Origin: an uncultured Laspinema sp.
Lineage (GTDB): Bacteria > Cyanobacteriota > Cyanobacteriia > Cyanobacteriales > Laspinemataceae
NCBI GenBank assembly: GCA_964442465.1
Contig: CAYUEH010000001.1
Span: forward strand, 1-62,717
Length of the DNA: 62,717 nt
Direction: 5' to 3'
The position numbers and the translations under genes were made by a program. The notes below the pieces were generated by a model. It did not search any database. It was not told the origin of the DNA and saw only the letters and a program-made list of their open reading frames with translations. Shown in pieces: positions 18,480 through 27,167 of the stretch. Position 1 is the first letter of the stretch, and every line of letters begins with the position of its first letter.

Positions 18480-21400
18480 CTACCAATTCCGCTCTTTAAG
18501 TTTCTCTTGAGCTTCTTCACGTTCCAGATCTTTTTCAAGTAGCGAAATTTGTTCGCTGGCGAAAGCCCGAACCCTGAAATTTTTATCATTTAACCAAGGC
18601 GACACCTCTTTGATACGCCCTCTAATAAATTCAGATATTTCCCCAGCAATAATTTCATCAGGAGTAGTAATAATTGCTCTACGAATACATAAGCATACAT
18701 TTTCATCCAGATTGCGAACAATTATCTCTCGACTTAAATCATAAAATTTTTGCCCTGAATTGAATTTATGTAAAATTTGAGCTACCGCATTTAATTTATT
18801 AACATCTCCAGAGTTAACCCATGCCTTTAACACAAAATACAATTTATTTTCTAATCTGTAAACAAGACTTTTTAGTAAAGCAGGAGCTTCCCATTGGAGA
18901 AAAAAATTCTCCTCTAGCATCCAATTTCTTATCCGACATAAAATTTTAAAATATTCAGTTTTGGTTTGAATACTCTCAAAAATAAGCGACAAATACAAAG
19001 GGAATGCTTCAAAGTAAACATTCGTCTGTTCCTTTCTGTATTTAACTTTGATGCGATGTTCAATAAAGTCTATAACTTGCATCGGATGAATATTTGCAAT
19101 GCGCTTTAAGCACTGTTCAACATCGTAAGTTAATTTAGGCAGTCGCTCAAAGTTCTGAACGATTTCCCACAAGTCTTGAGGGTTGTTGAAAGGCACTGCC
19201 CACTTATAATCGTTGCCACTTGGCCAGGATATAGTTTCTGCTACCTGATACAGAATCGGCTCCTCGCCACAAGCAGCCAGGGTTTTGAGCAACTCTACTG
19301 CTAGGGTAGGCTTGTAGGGGGCAAGCTGCTTTATGGGCCAAAAGAGTCTCAGATTCACCTCCGAAGATTGCTTTGCTACAAGTTGACACAGAATATCCCA
19401 CTCTTCTTCAAGCTGCGGTTGGCTCCAATCAATGAATCGATAGCTCTGAGCGATCGCCATCCAAAGCACCGAATCGTCTTGTACAACCCAAGAGCGCACG
19501 TACTTTCTAGCTAAGTCGCTATCACTCAAATGTACTCCTGCTAGAACAAAGCCAATATGCTGTTTAAGTGCGAGGTTTTTATTTATTGTCTGCGCTATGA
19601 ATTGTTGAGTAAGGTTGAGATGTGTTTGTCCAAAGATTACCAGAAGTTTATTAAGACCAGAAGTATCCTTTTTACCTCCACTGCAAGCCTGTTGAGCTAT
19701 CTCCTCTAACTCTTGGATAGCCTGTTTTAGGGTTGAATAACAGAGAGCTTCAACGTACTCACTAATCTTTTGCTGTTTTTTCTGTTCGGCTGTCTGCCAG
19801 TCAAGGCTCTCATCTTCATCATTCCATCTATAACTACCAACAAGGAGACAAAAAAGCTGATAGCCCCTATGGTTCTGTAGTTGTTTCTGAAGATAATTTA
19901 GCTCTCTTATTGGATACTTGCGGAAGTTTTTAGCCTGCCACAGCCATTCCATTACACAATCTAGAATAGGAAACTCTGCATTCTGGATGACAGTTTTAGA
20001 AAAGAAAAGAGCTATTTTTGCACAATCGGTTTGTAGTTGCTCTTGTGTTTCATGCGAAATAGGCTGTTCGTTTTGAAAATAATAAGTTGCTCTACTGATT
20101 GCTTGAATAATTCGCAGTCGAGTTTGTAAATTTGGTATTTTTTGATAAGCCGTATATAAAATTTCTAAGGCTTTGGTGCGAATCTCCCTAACAGATTTTG
20201 TAATTTCAATACTTCCCGAGTAAACGATTATAGTATGTGGCTGAATTGGATGAATTTCAGCGCTACTTAAATTTATATTTAGCATGGGCTGAATCAATTC
20301 AAGACATAAAGGAAAATTTCTTAAAAAGTCTTGCTTCAGCCAACCACTAACTAGAGTAAGAAGTAATCCTTGCACACCATAGGGTTTACGGGGTTTAAAC
20401 TCAGCTATTTCAACCAAAGATTTTTTGGCTTTCTCTCGAACGGGATTATATTTTTTATTATCGGTTTGATATGTAGCTAATTCATAAAGATACTTAAGTG
20501 AATCCTCTAATCCCTTCCCATAAATTGTACAATCTAAAACTTCTACAGTTTTACTCAAAACTATTTCGTGTCCAATTTCATATGAACCCCAAAATTGGTC
20601 TTGAATAGATTCGGATGGGAGTTCAGGACCCTTAACAATAGAATCTACTATCAATAAAATTTTATCAGGCTTAAAGTAAGCTAAATCTTGTATCCAGTCT
20701 AGTAGATCCAACCGGAACATATTACCTTGATGCTTAATTTGTTGACGCAATTCATCTAGTTTTCGATTAAGGAGTAAACCTGCGTCAGGCGAATCATCTT
20801 TTAATTCGGTTTCAGCCAATTTTAATTCGGCTTCAGCCAAGTTTTTCATAATTTCCCTAGGTTTAAAATTAAAGAATGGTTCTATAATTTGTTTTTGATA
20901 GTCGGACTGCTTAGTCGTTAGTTTAAAAAAATCTTGTACTATTATATGATCAGCTAAAACCTGAGAGGCAATTTTTAAAGTATTCCCGTATCGCTCTACT
21001 AAACCCGATTCTACTAACCGAAATACAAACCTTCCTTCGTTAATTGGAGAAATCCCAACTATTTTATGAATTTTTTCCTGCAATTCCTGTTCATCTAAAT
21101 TTACACTACCCAAAGCAGCAAGAATTTGCAGATATAGAATATAAATTTGAGCATCATTTTTATTTATATCAGCCTTGATTAAGTCCTGAATAATTTCTTT
21201 TAAAAAGCAGGTTAGTACCTGATCACCAGTCAGATTGATGAAGTTTATTCCTCCTTTATGTAGCCCAGTCGCGATCCCCGCAATAAGTGGATTTCCTTCT
21301 GCAATTCTGACAATGGCATAACGGATATCTTGGTCAGTGAGATTATAGGGTGAATTTTGCAGAATTTTTTCAATATTTTGTTTTTCTAGCGGTTTAACTT

Positions 21401-22388
21401 CTATCGTTTCAAATCTATTCCCCAGTAGTCCGATTTGAGAGATAAGCGAATCTTTAAAAATGCTTCGTGTAGCGAGAATAAGAGTGACTTTTCCAGCTAA
21501 TTGAGGATTAACAATTACTTCGCGTAGTTGCTTCAGTCCACTGAAGCGGTGGGCATCATCAACTACTAGAATATGCTGTCTATCAGGATCCAGCGATGCA
21601 AGCTCCGATTCAATTGATTCTGCCTCATTGCGAACATAATATAAGATTCGTTCATTACCGACGGCTTCAGTGAGTGCCAGTAGTAAGCGAGTTTTCCCAA
21701 GTCCAGCAGATCCATGTAAAACGATAACTCGATTATCACTATTCAAGTATTGTTGAACTTCTTGCAGATTGCCATCTCGGCCAACAAGCGGAACTTGATA
21801 ACTGGGAAGGGCAGACTGCTCCATGCGATCAGAGAATTCTGCATGAGTCAACAAGTTATGAAATTGCCTTGATTCTAATAACTCCAGCACAGTCTGACGG
21901 ATAGCTTCAGCATCAGCGCCTTGATAAATACGATCACCAATCTGAAGATCTTTTCCTTCCCCAATATTGACGTTATACTTGCCTAATTGAACGAGGCCCT
22001 GCTCCACATTGTGGGTCATCACGTTACGGAGTAACTGCAAATCCTCTGCTGTAGATTCTCCTGCTACAATACACTGAATCACATAATCTAATTCAACGGT
22101 TGGATTAAATTCAGCAAGAATAGCACTGGTTAATTCCTGTCCTGCTCGTTGGAGTTTAACAACCCAATAATCCACACGACTCTGGGCATCCCAACGATTT
22201 TCTTCATCTTCTAGCAATGCGCCTGTAGCTTGGCCGCGACGAATAAACTCTTTGATATCGTAGGCTATGGCAGATGTAATTTCTTTATCTTGATAAAGTT
22301 TGAGTAGATCTCTGTGAGCATTTCGTAAAATAGCGAACGATGCAAAAGGAATTATATTATTGGAGGTTATAGAATCATCATTTTTCAT
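18480..22388 (-). CDS. large NLR-like STAND NTPase with N-terminal helical domain, EAD10-like segment and C-terminal helical repeats
   Basis: QLGKYNVNIGEGKDLQIGD; LVGR, GSAGLGKT (Walker A), LVVDDAH (Walker B), ILATR, AEGNPL; about 800-aa helical C-terminus. Confidence 0.8.
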   Translation of the reverse strand: MKNDDSITSNNIIPFASFAILRNAHRDLLKLYQDKEITSAIAYDIKEFIRRGQATGALLEDEENRWDAQSRVDYWVVKLQRAGQELTSAILAEFNPTVELDYVIQCIVAGESTAEDLQLLRNVMTHNVEQGLVQLGKYNVNIGEGKDLQIGDRIYQGADAEAIRQTVLELLESRQFHNLLTHAEFSDRMEQSALPSYQVPLVGRDGNLQEVQQYLNSDNRVIVLHGSAGLGKTRLLLALTEAVGNERILYYVRNEAESIESELASLDPDRQHILVVDDAHRFSGLKQLREVIVNPQLAGKVTLILATRSIFKDSLISQIGLLGNRFETIEVKPLEKQNIEKILQNSPYNLTDQDIRYAIVRIAEGNPLIAGIATGLHKGGINFINLTGDQVLTCFLKEIIQDLIKADINKNDAQIYILYLQILAALGSVNLDEQELQEKIHKIVGISPINEGRFVFRLVESGLVERYGNTLKIASQVLADHIIVQDFFKLTTKQSDYQKQIIEPFFNFKPREIMKNLAEAELKLAETELKDDSPDAGLLLNRKLDELRQQIKHQGNMFRLDLLDWIQDLAYFKPDKILLIVDSIVKGPELPSESIQDQFWGSYEIGHEIVLSKTVEVLDCTIYGKGLEDSLKYLYELATYQTDNKKYNPVREKAKKSLVEIAEFKPRKPYGVQGLLLTLVSGWLKQDFLRNFPLCLELIQPMLNINLSSAEIHPIQPHTIIVYSGSIEITKSVREIRTKALEILYTAYQKIPNLQTRLRIIQAISRATYYFQNEQPISHETQEQLQTDCAKIALFFSKTVIQNAEFPILDCVMEWLWQAKNFRKYPIRELNYLQKQLQNHRGYQLFCLLVGSYRWNDEDESLDWQTAEQKKQQKISEYVEALCYSTLKQAIQELEEIAQQACSGGKKDTSGLNKLLVIFGQTHLNLTQQFIAQTINKNLALKQHIGFVLAGVHLSDSDLARKYVRSWVVQDDSVLWMAIAQSYRFIDWSQPQLEEEWDILCQLVAKQSSEVNLRLFWPIKQLAPYKPTLAVELLKTLAACGEEPILYQVAETISWPSGNDYKWAVPFNNPQDLWEIVQNFERLPKLTYDVEQCLKRIANIHPMQVIDFIEHRIKVKYRKEQTNVYFEAFPLYLSLIFESIQTKTEYFKILCRIRNWMLEENFFLQWEAPALLKSLVYRLENKLYFVLKAWVNSGDVNKLNAVAQILHKFNSGQKFYDLSREIIVRNLDENVCLCIRRAIITTPDEIIAGEISEFIRGRIKEVSPWLNDKNFRVRAFASEQISLLEKDLEREEAQEKLKERNW

Positions 22389-22585
22389 GTAATTGTCCTC
22401 AGTACAGATGCTAGAGATTCGCCAACTCTTCGCAATTCATCACATAATTTATTCAAAGATTGATCAACTTGATAGAAGCGCTTACTTGGTGGATAAAGTT
22501 AAAACCCTGATGATCGCTTGTCGAATTGGAACCCATGTTTGACTTATTTGAGAGGTAATTAGGTTCATTCACAGTCATTCCTAAT

Positions 22586-23551
22586 TTACTTATTAATAAC
22601 ATCGCCAATATGAATCCCCTTAGCCTTATGAATATTAACTATGTACTTTCCATACTGATGGATTACTTGAGCTATCTGGTTGATCTTCTGAATTGCCTCG
22701 GGTTTAGCAGCCTCCCAACCCTTATCTGGCAACCCCTTACCACCACGAAGATGGGCAATAATAAAGTCACCTGCATCCATGTCGAAATGAGGAGTTTGGT
22801 CGGCTCCATGCAACTTCCGTGCACTTTCAGGTACCGCTTTGCTAAGATGATTCATCAAATTAGATACCTTTACTTCCGTATCACCGGGTCTATTAGCGGC
22901 ACCTTGTAACGCTTCAAGAAAGTGGTAAGTGTAAATACTCATTGATTCATCTTTCACCCAAGACTTCTCCTTACCTTCCGAGGAAGTAAAAATTACTCTC
23001 CCCATGCCTTGTTTAAGAGTATCAATCACCCCTTTCGATGGAGAAGTTCGCTCAAAATCCTTAAACTCTTCTAAAAGTTCAGTGTCCGCATCTTTAGAGG
23101 TTGCCATTCCTGCCGCATGACAGCTATCGATTACAACGAGCAGGCGTTCAGACTTAATCTGGCGTAATGCATCGGTTAAGGCTTCAGCCGATAACGCAGA
23201 GACTGGAAGATTAGAGAGTTTCACGTCGTGCTGTATCAAATAGTAGCAATTGTCAGTCTTGTTTAACCAACCATGACCTGAGTAGTAAACGAATATGGTG
23301 GATTTGGGGTCTGCTTCCGCCTTTTCCTTAAGCCACCTCAGTCCATCAAGAATTCCGCTACGAGTAGCCTCTGCGTCGTTCAGTACCCGGATATGCTCCT
23401 TACTATCAGGATAAGCACATAAATCCGGGTCAATCAGCGCTGCATAAATGGCTTGGGTGTCTTTAACCGTCACGGGCAGAGACAGTGGCTTATAGACCGA
23501 CTCCCCAACACCTATTAACAAGGCATAGCCCTTATTAAATAGCTCAGTCAT
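22586..23551 (-). CDS. caspase-family (C14) protease with C-terminal RHIM-like tail
   Basis: YALLIGV, YYSGHG (His), VIDSCHAAG (Cys), QTP; tail QYGKYIVNIHKAKGIHIGD; AGGAGG RBS. Confidence 0.92.
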   Translation of the reverse strand: MTELFNKGYALLIGVGESVYKPLSLPVTVKDTQAIYAALIDPDLCAYPDSKEHIRVLNDAEATRSGILDGLRWLKEKAEADPKSTIFVYYSGHGWLNKTDNCYYLIQHDVKLSNLPVSALSAEALTDALRQIKSERLLVVIDSCHAAGMATSKDADTELLEEFKDFERTSPSKGVIDTLKQGMGRVIFTSSEGKEKSWVKDESMSIYTYHFLEALQGAANRPGDTEVKVSNLMNHLSKAVPESARKLHGADQTPHFDMDAGDFIIAHLRGGKGLPDKGWEAAKPEAIQKINQIAQVIHQYGKYIVNIHKAKGIHIGDVINK

Positions 23552-23601
23552 ATGGATTACCTCCTTTCTTTTATAGGTTACATTGATTTTTGGCTGTTCT
23601 A

Positions 23602-24522
23602 CTATTCTCGGTAGCGACTCACCCTAAACACTAAATAATTGAATTCCAGTGGTGAACTATCAGCTTTATGAACAATAATTCCTAAATTAGGTTTATAAAT
23701 CCATTTATTCCAGTCAATTGTGGTTTCATCAGGAACCTGAACGGCGATATAATTACCTTCTGCCAAACGAATTCCCATTGCTGCGTCTTCAAAATCCAAC
23801 CCTAGATAGAACTTTTGCACCGGGACATTTTCATTGCGTTGAGCAAAGGCTTTCACTAATCCCAGAGTCAGTGTTGTGAACGGAGTGAGCGCAGGTTGAG
23901 CAGTGGTTAATAGTTCCAACCCTGTTTTAAAGGTTGAAGATTCTAATGCAGATAATACAGCTTGATCTGCTTCATTTTTGACATTCACTGTAGAACATTC
24001 AAAGGCTACCCCCTGAGAACCTGCATTTAACCCAATGAAAATTGGGTAGCCTGTAATTCCCAATGATTGTCCGTTGGGGACTCGATAGGTTTGACTAAAG
24101 ATTACCGATTCTTGAAAATCTGCTACTTGATTACGAGCAGCAAATGTCACCAAAACATTATGGACCCCTCCCCCTGGATATTTTTGAATCCGCAGGCGAT
24201 CTAAACGGATGTTAAGGCGACTATTTTTAAGCGTGGGGTTTGCGGCGATTGTACTTGGATGTTGAATGACTTGCGACTCTATAGAAGAAGGTTCGCGTGG
24301 AGCAATATAACCAAATTGATGAGTAACGTATGACCAAGGCTGATTTTGAGCTGAATTGAAAATTTTCAATAAATCATCTATACCTTTTTCTGTAACTGTT
24401 TCTGGAAAGAAAAAATCAGGATCTTTCATCTGCTGAAGTTTATTGATAATTAGGGAGGGGTCCTCATACTCTCCGATAACTGGTAAATTTTGTAATAAAC
24501 TTAATAAACGGTCGCTTACCAT
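23602..24522 (-). CDS. hypothetical protein upstream of the caspase (beta-rich domain with hydrophobic helical hairpin)
   Basis: Co-oriented 50 bp upstream of the caspase; GLELLTTAQPALTPFTTLTLGLVKAF segment; ATG at 24522 (ORF track starts at 24564). Confidence 0.7.
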   Translation of the reverse strand: MVSDRLLSLLQNLPVIGEYEDPSLIINKLQQMKDPDFFFPETVTEKGIDDLLKIFNSAQNQPWSYVTHQFGYIAPREPSSIESQVIQHPSTIAANPTLKNSRLNIRLDRLRIQKYPGGGVHNVLVTFAARNQVADFQESVIFSQTYRVPNGQSLGITGYPIFIGLNAGSQGVAFECSTVNVKNEADQAVLSALESSTFKTGLELLTTAQPALTPFTTLTLGLVKAFAQRNENVPVQKFYLGLDFEDAAMGIRLAEGNYIAVQVPDETTIDWNKWIYKPNLGIIVHKADSSPLEFNYLVFRVSRYRE

Positions 24523-24564
24523 TTTGGCTAATTTCCAGTTTTTATAAAAGTTGCTCGATCCCAC

Positions 24565-24684
24565 TATAGCGAACCTAAATCATTCTGGCATCAAGATAGC
24601 GAGCAAGATGCCCGCACTACAAGACCAAAAGGCTTGAATCCATTGTCAAACTGATTTAGACTGGCTATATAGCGAACCTAAATC
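24565..24684. mobile_element. MITE-like element with internal REP-like hairpin, followed by a second left end
   Basis: TATAGCGAACCTAAATCA at 24565, inverted TGATTTAGACTGGCTATA at 24652-24669, repeat of the left end at 24668-24684; internal GCGAGCAAGATGCCCGCAC, with a related inverted copy near 14557-14577. Confidence 0.55.
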
Positions 24685-24689
24685 CTTTT

Positions 24690-24855
24690 GAATTCGGGCT
24701 GGATCCAAAACCGAGGAGATCGCCCTCCATGAAAAGTTAGGGTTCGTCTAGTTCTGGGACTCGACCAGTAACCGTAATATAGACAGGAGAATGGAATCCT
24801 CAAAATTGAACCCAAATTGCTGATGGTCAGAGATTTTGTTGGTTCGAGGTGATAA
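24690..24855 (+). pseudogene. GNAT 3' relic
   Basis: Reads IALHEKLGFV...YRQENGILKIEPKLLMVR versus IALYLKLGFV...YRQQDGSLKTEAKLLMVK in the intact GNAT; frame broken. Confidence 0.7.
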
Positions 24856-25013
24856 AGTTAGGAGGCCGGTTCGTTTCCTATGGTTTGGGCAATCGCTTTT
24901 TTCCTCAAAGAGAAATCGCCTCTTTATTCACCGAGAATAATCACCCCAATTCCAGGAAAGCGATCGCCTGCTTCTTTCCCCCTAAAACTGAACTGCACCC
25001 CAGGGACAGAGGT

Positions 25014-27167
25014 TTACAAATCAGCCATGCCTTGCAAAAAGGGACTGGGTTTTCCATAGTAGCTGACGATCGCTTGCTTTTTAGCTCGGGTGGCGGCGAC
25101 GTGCAGCAGGCAGCGTTCTGCGGTGATGAATCGCTCTTGAGAGGCTGGATCGGGACAGTTGTTGAGCAACCCTTGCAAAGGTAAAATATCGCTGTTTAGT
25201 CCGGGCATCAGGATATAGTCAAATTGCAGACCTTTGACTCGGTGCATAGTCCCAATCCGAATCCCAGCGTCTAAGGGATTGTCGGGCCGATCGCGCTGGA
25301 TGCGTTTGAGGGGAAAGTTCAAATTTTTGAGGACGGATTCATACTGTTCCATGAGCGATTTGCTGCGAAATACAATGCAGGCACCGGATAGGTTGCGATC
25401 GCTCTGTTGGAGGTTAGCTAAAAATTGTTGTAAGTAGGCGACTTCATCATCAAACTTTTCAAATCCTTTAACGATGGGCTCATCTCCATGCATTAACGAG
25501 CGATAGTCTTGGAGGGAATCGAGGCCGCCATCGAGATCATCAATAGAAAGATTGGCGAGGATGGCGGTTGCCCATTTGCGGGTTTCGTCGGTGGTGCGGT
25601 AGTTGAGGCGCAGTTTTTTAGAGCGTCCGCGAATATCGATATCGCAGTGGCTCAGGGTGACGCTTTGGCCGGAGTAAATGCGTTGGTGAGCGTCTCCCAC
25701 CAGAAACAGATCGTTGGGTTTGGGAGGGCCTGCAATCGCTCGAATTAACTCAAACGCGGCTTTACTCATATCCTGCGCTTCATCGACGATGACGGTTTGA
25801 TAGGGTAGGGCCTCCCTTCCTTTGGCGTGAATCAATTGGATGGCATCGCGCATCGCATCGTTAGGTTCACGAAATCCTTGCTCTCGTAGCAGGTTGCGAT
25901 ATTCCTCAAACACGGTCCATATCGCTTGGCGTTGTGGGCGACTGAGGCGGGTTCCTCGACCCGTCCGACGGGCGCGTAAATAATCTTTGAGGGTTTGGCA
26001 GCCATTATTTTGGACAACTTCTTGCCATTCTTCGCGGTAAAAGCTCAGGGGCAGTCCAAGTTCGACGGGAGCCAACGTATAGGCTTGCTGCCATAATTCA
26101 TCGGTTTGTTTGCTGTAGACAATGCGGGTTTCTATGCCCTCTTGTTTCAAAAAATTGGTGACCCATAAATCTAAATTTACCACCCGAATTCGCTGCATGA
26201 GCTCGGGGGAACATATCGTTTTGAGGTTGGCTTCAATGTCTACCGCTAGGTTACGGGTAAAGGTGGTAAATAAAATGCGATCGCTCGGATCGGTAAACCG
26301 ATTTTGAACTAACCATTTGGCGCGGTGGATTGCGACTACTGTTTTGCCAGTACCCGCGCCGCCGAGAACTCGCATGGCCCCATTCCAGTCTCGTTCGACT
26401 AATTTGCGCTGGGTAGGATGCAGGAAAACGCGCCATTTCTCTAGAGGCGCTGCTAACATTTCTTCTAATTCGGTGTCATCCGTCACCACCATAAAGCGGC
26501 TAAGACTATCTTCGTTTTGCAGGGCAACTTCGAGATTTTCTGGGTCTATATTTTGTTTGGGTTTGGGTTTGTCAAGCTCTTGGAAGATGTCTTCTAAATC
26601 AAAACCTGCGGCTAACATTAACACAGCATCACTCGCCTCTTTGGGTAAATGGAGTAATAATTCTTCCACATCCTCATCGGTGATAACTTGGCGCAGGGCG
26701 GGAAGCAAAATTTCGGGAATCCCCAACCGCATCAAGTCGGTGTCGCCGATGGCATGAAACCGCCCGGTCTGGGGTTCTGTTTTGCTCTGTTTGAGCTTTT
26801 CTGTGGTGGCTTGGACTTCCTCAACGTCGATGATTTGGAGTGCGCCCGATACTTTGTTGACTTGGCAAACTTTCCGCCTCGCCCACTGATAAGCGTCGTC
26901 ATGTTTGTCTACCCAAAGCAACAGATAAAGATTTCCGGATTCCGGTTTGAGAACGATCGCCCGATAATCCAGATCGACGCGGACGGATTTGAGGCGTTTG
27001 TCCCGGCTGTCGCGAATAGATTCGTAGTTTAAGCCGGAACGGGTGGGGTCTTGGCGGAACCGATTTATAAATTCTGAGACTTTGGCTTGAATTTTTCGGG
27101 GTAACTGACTGAACTGGGAAAAAAAATCATCGGCGATCGCTAGACGGATACTGTGCTGTAAGCTCAT
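25014..27167 (-). CDS. UvrD/SF1 helicase with N-terminal RelE/ParE-like domain
   Basis: GGAGTGKT, VDEAQD, NYRT, TMHRVKGLQF, HVAATRA; N-terminal FSQLPRKIQ..FRQDP..KSVRVDLDYRAI..LLWVDKHDDAY; TAA-ATG coupling to the upstream gene. Confidence 0.88.
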   Translation of the reverse strand: MSLQHSIRLAIADDFFSQFSQLPRKIQAKVSEFINRFRQDPTRSGLNYESIRDSRDKRLKSVRVDLDYRAIVLKPESGNLYLLLWVDKHDDAYQWARRKVCQVNKVSGALQIIDVEEVQATTEKLKQSKTEPQTGRFHAIGDTDLMRLGIPEILLPALRQVITDEDVEELLLHLPKEASDAVLMLAAGFDLEDIFQELDKPKPKQNIDPENLEVALQNEDSLSRFMVVTDDTELEEMLAAPLEKWRVFLHPTQRKLVERDWNGAMRVLGGAGTGKTVVAIHRAKWLVQNRFTDPSDRILFTTFTRNLAVDIEANLKTICSPELMQRIRVVNLDLWVTNFLKQEGIETRIVYSKQTDELWQQAYTLAPVELGLPLSFYREEWQEVVQNNGCQTLKDYLRARRTGRGTRLSRPQRQAIWTVFEEYRNLLREQGFREPNDAMRDAIQLIHAKGREALPYQTVIVDEAQDMSKAAFELIRAIAGPPKPNDLFLVGDAHQRIYSGQSVTLSHCDIDIRGRSKKLRLNYRTTDETRKWATAILANLSIDDLDGGLDSLQDYRSLMHGDEPIVKGFEKFDDEVAYLQQFLANLQQSDRNLSGACIVFRSKSLMEQYESVLKNLNFPLKRIQRDRPDNPLDAGIRIGTMHRVKGLQFDYILMPGLNSDILPLQGLLNNCPDPASQERFITAERCLLHVAATRAKKQAIVSYYGKPSPFLQGMADL

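Noticed and set aside
23602-24522. Bacterial gasdermin next to the caspase
   Set aside because: No recognisable gasdermin features such as the N-terminal Cys region; left as unknown
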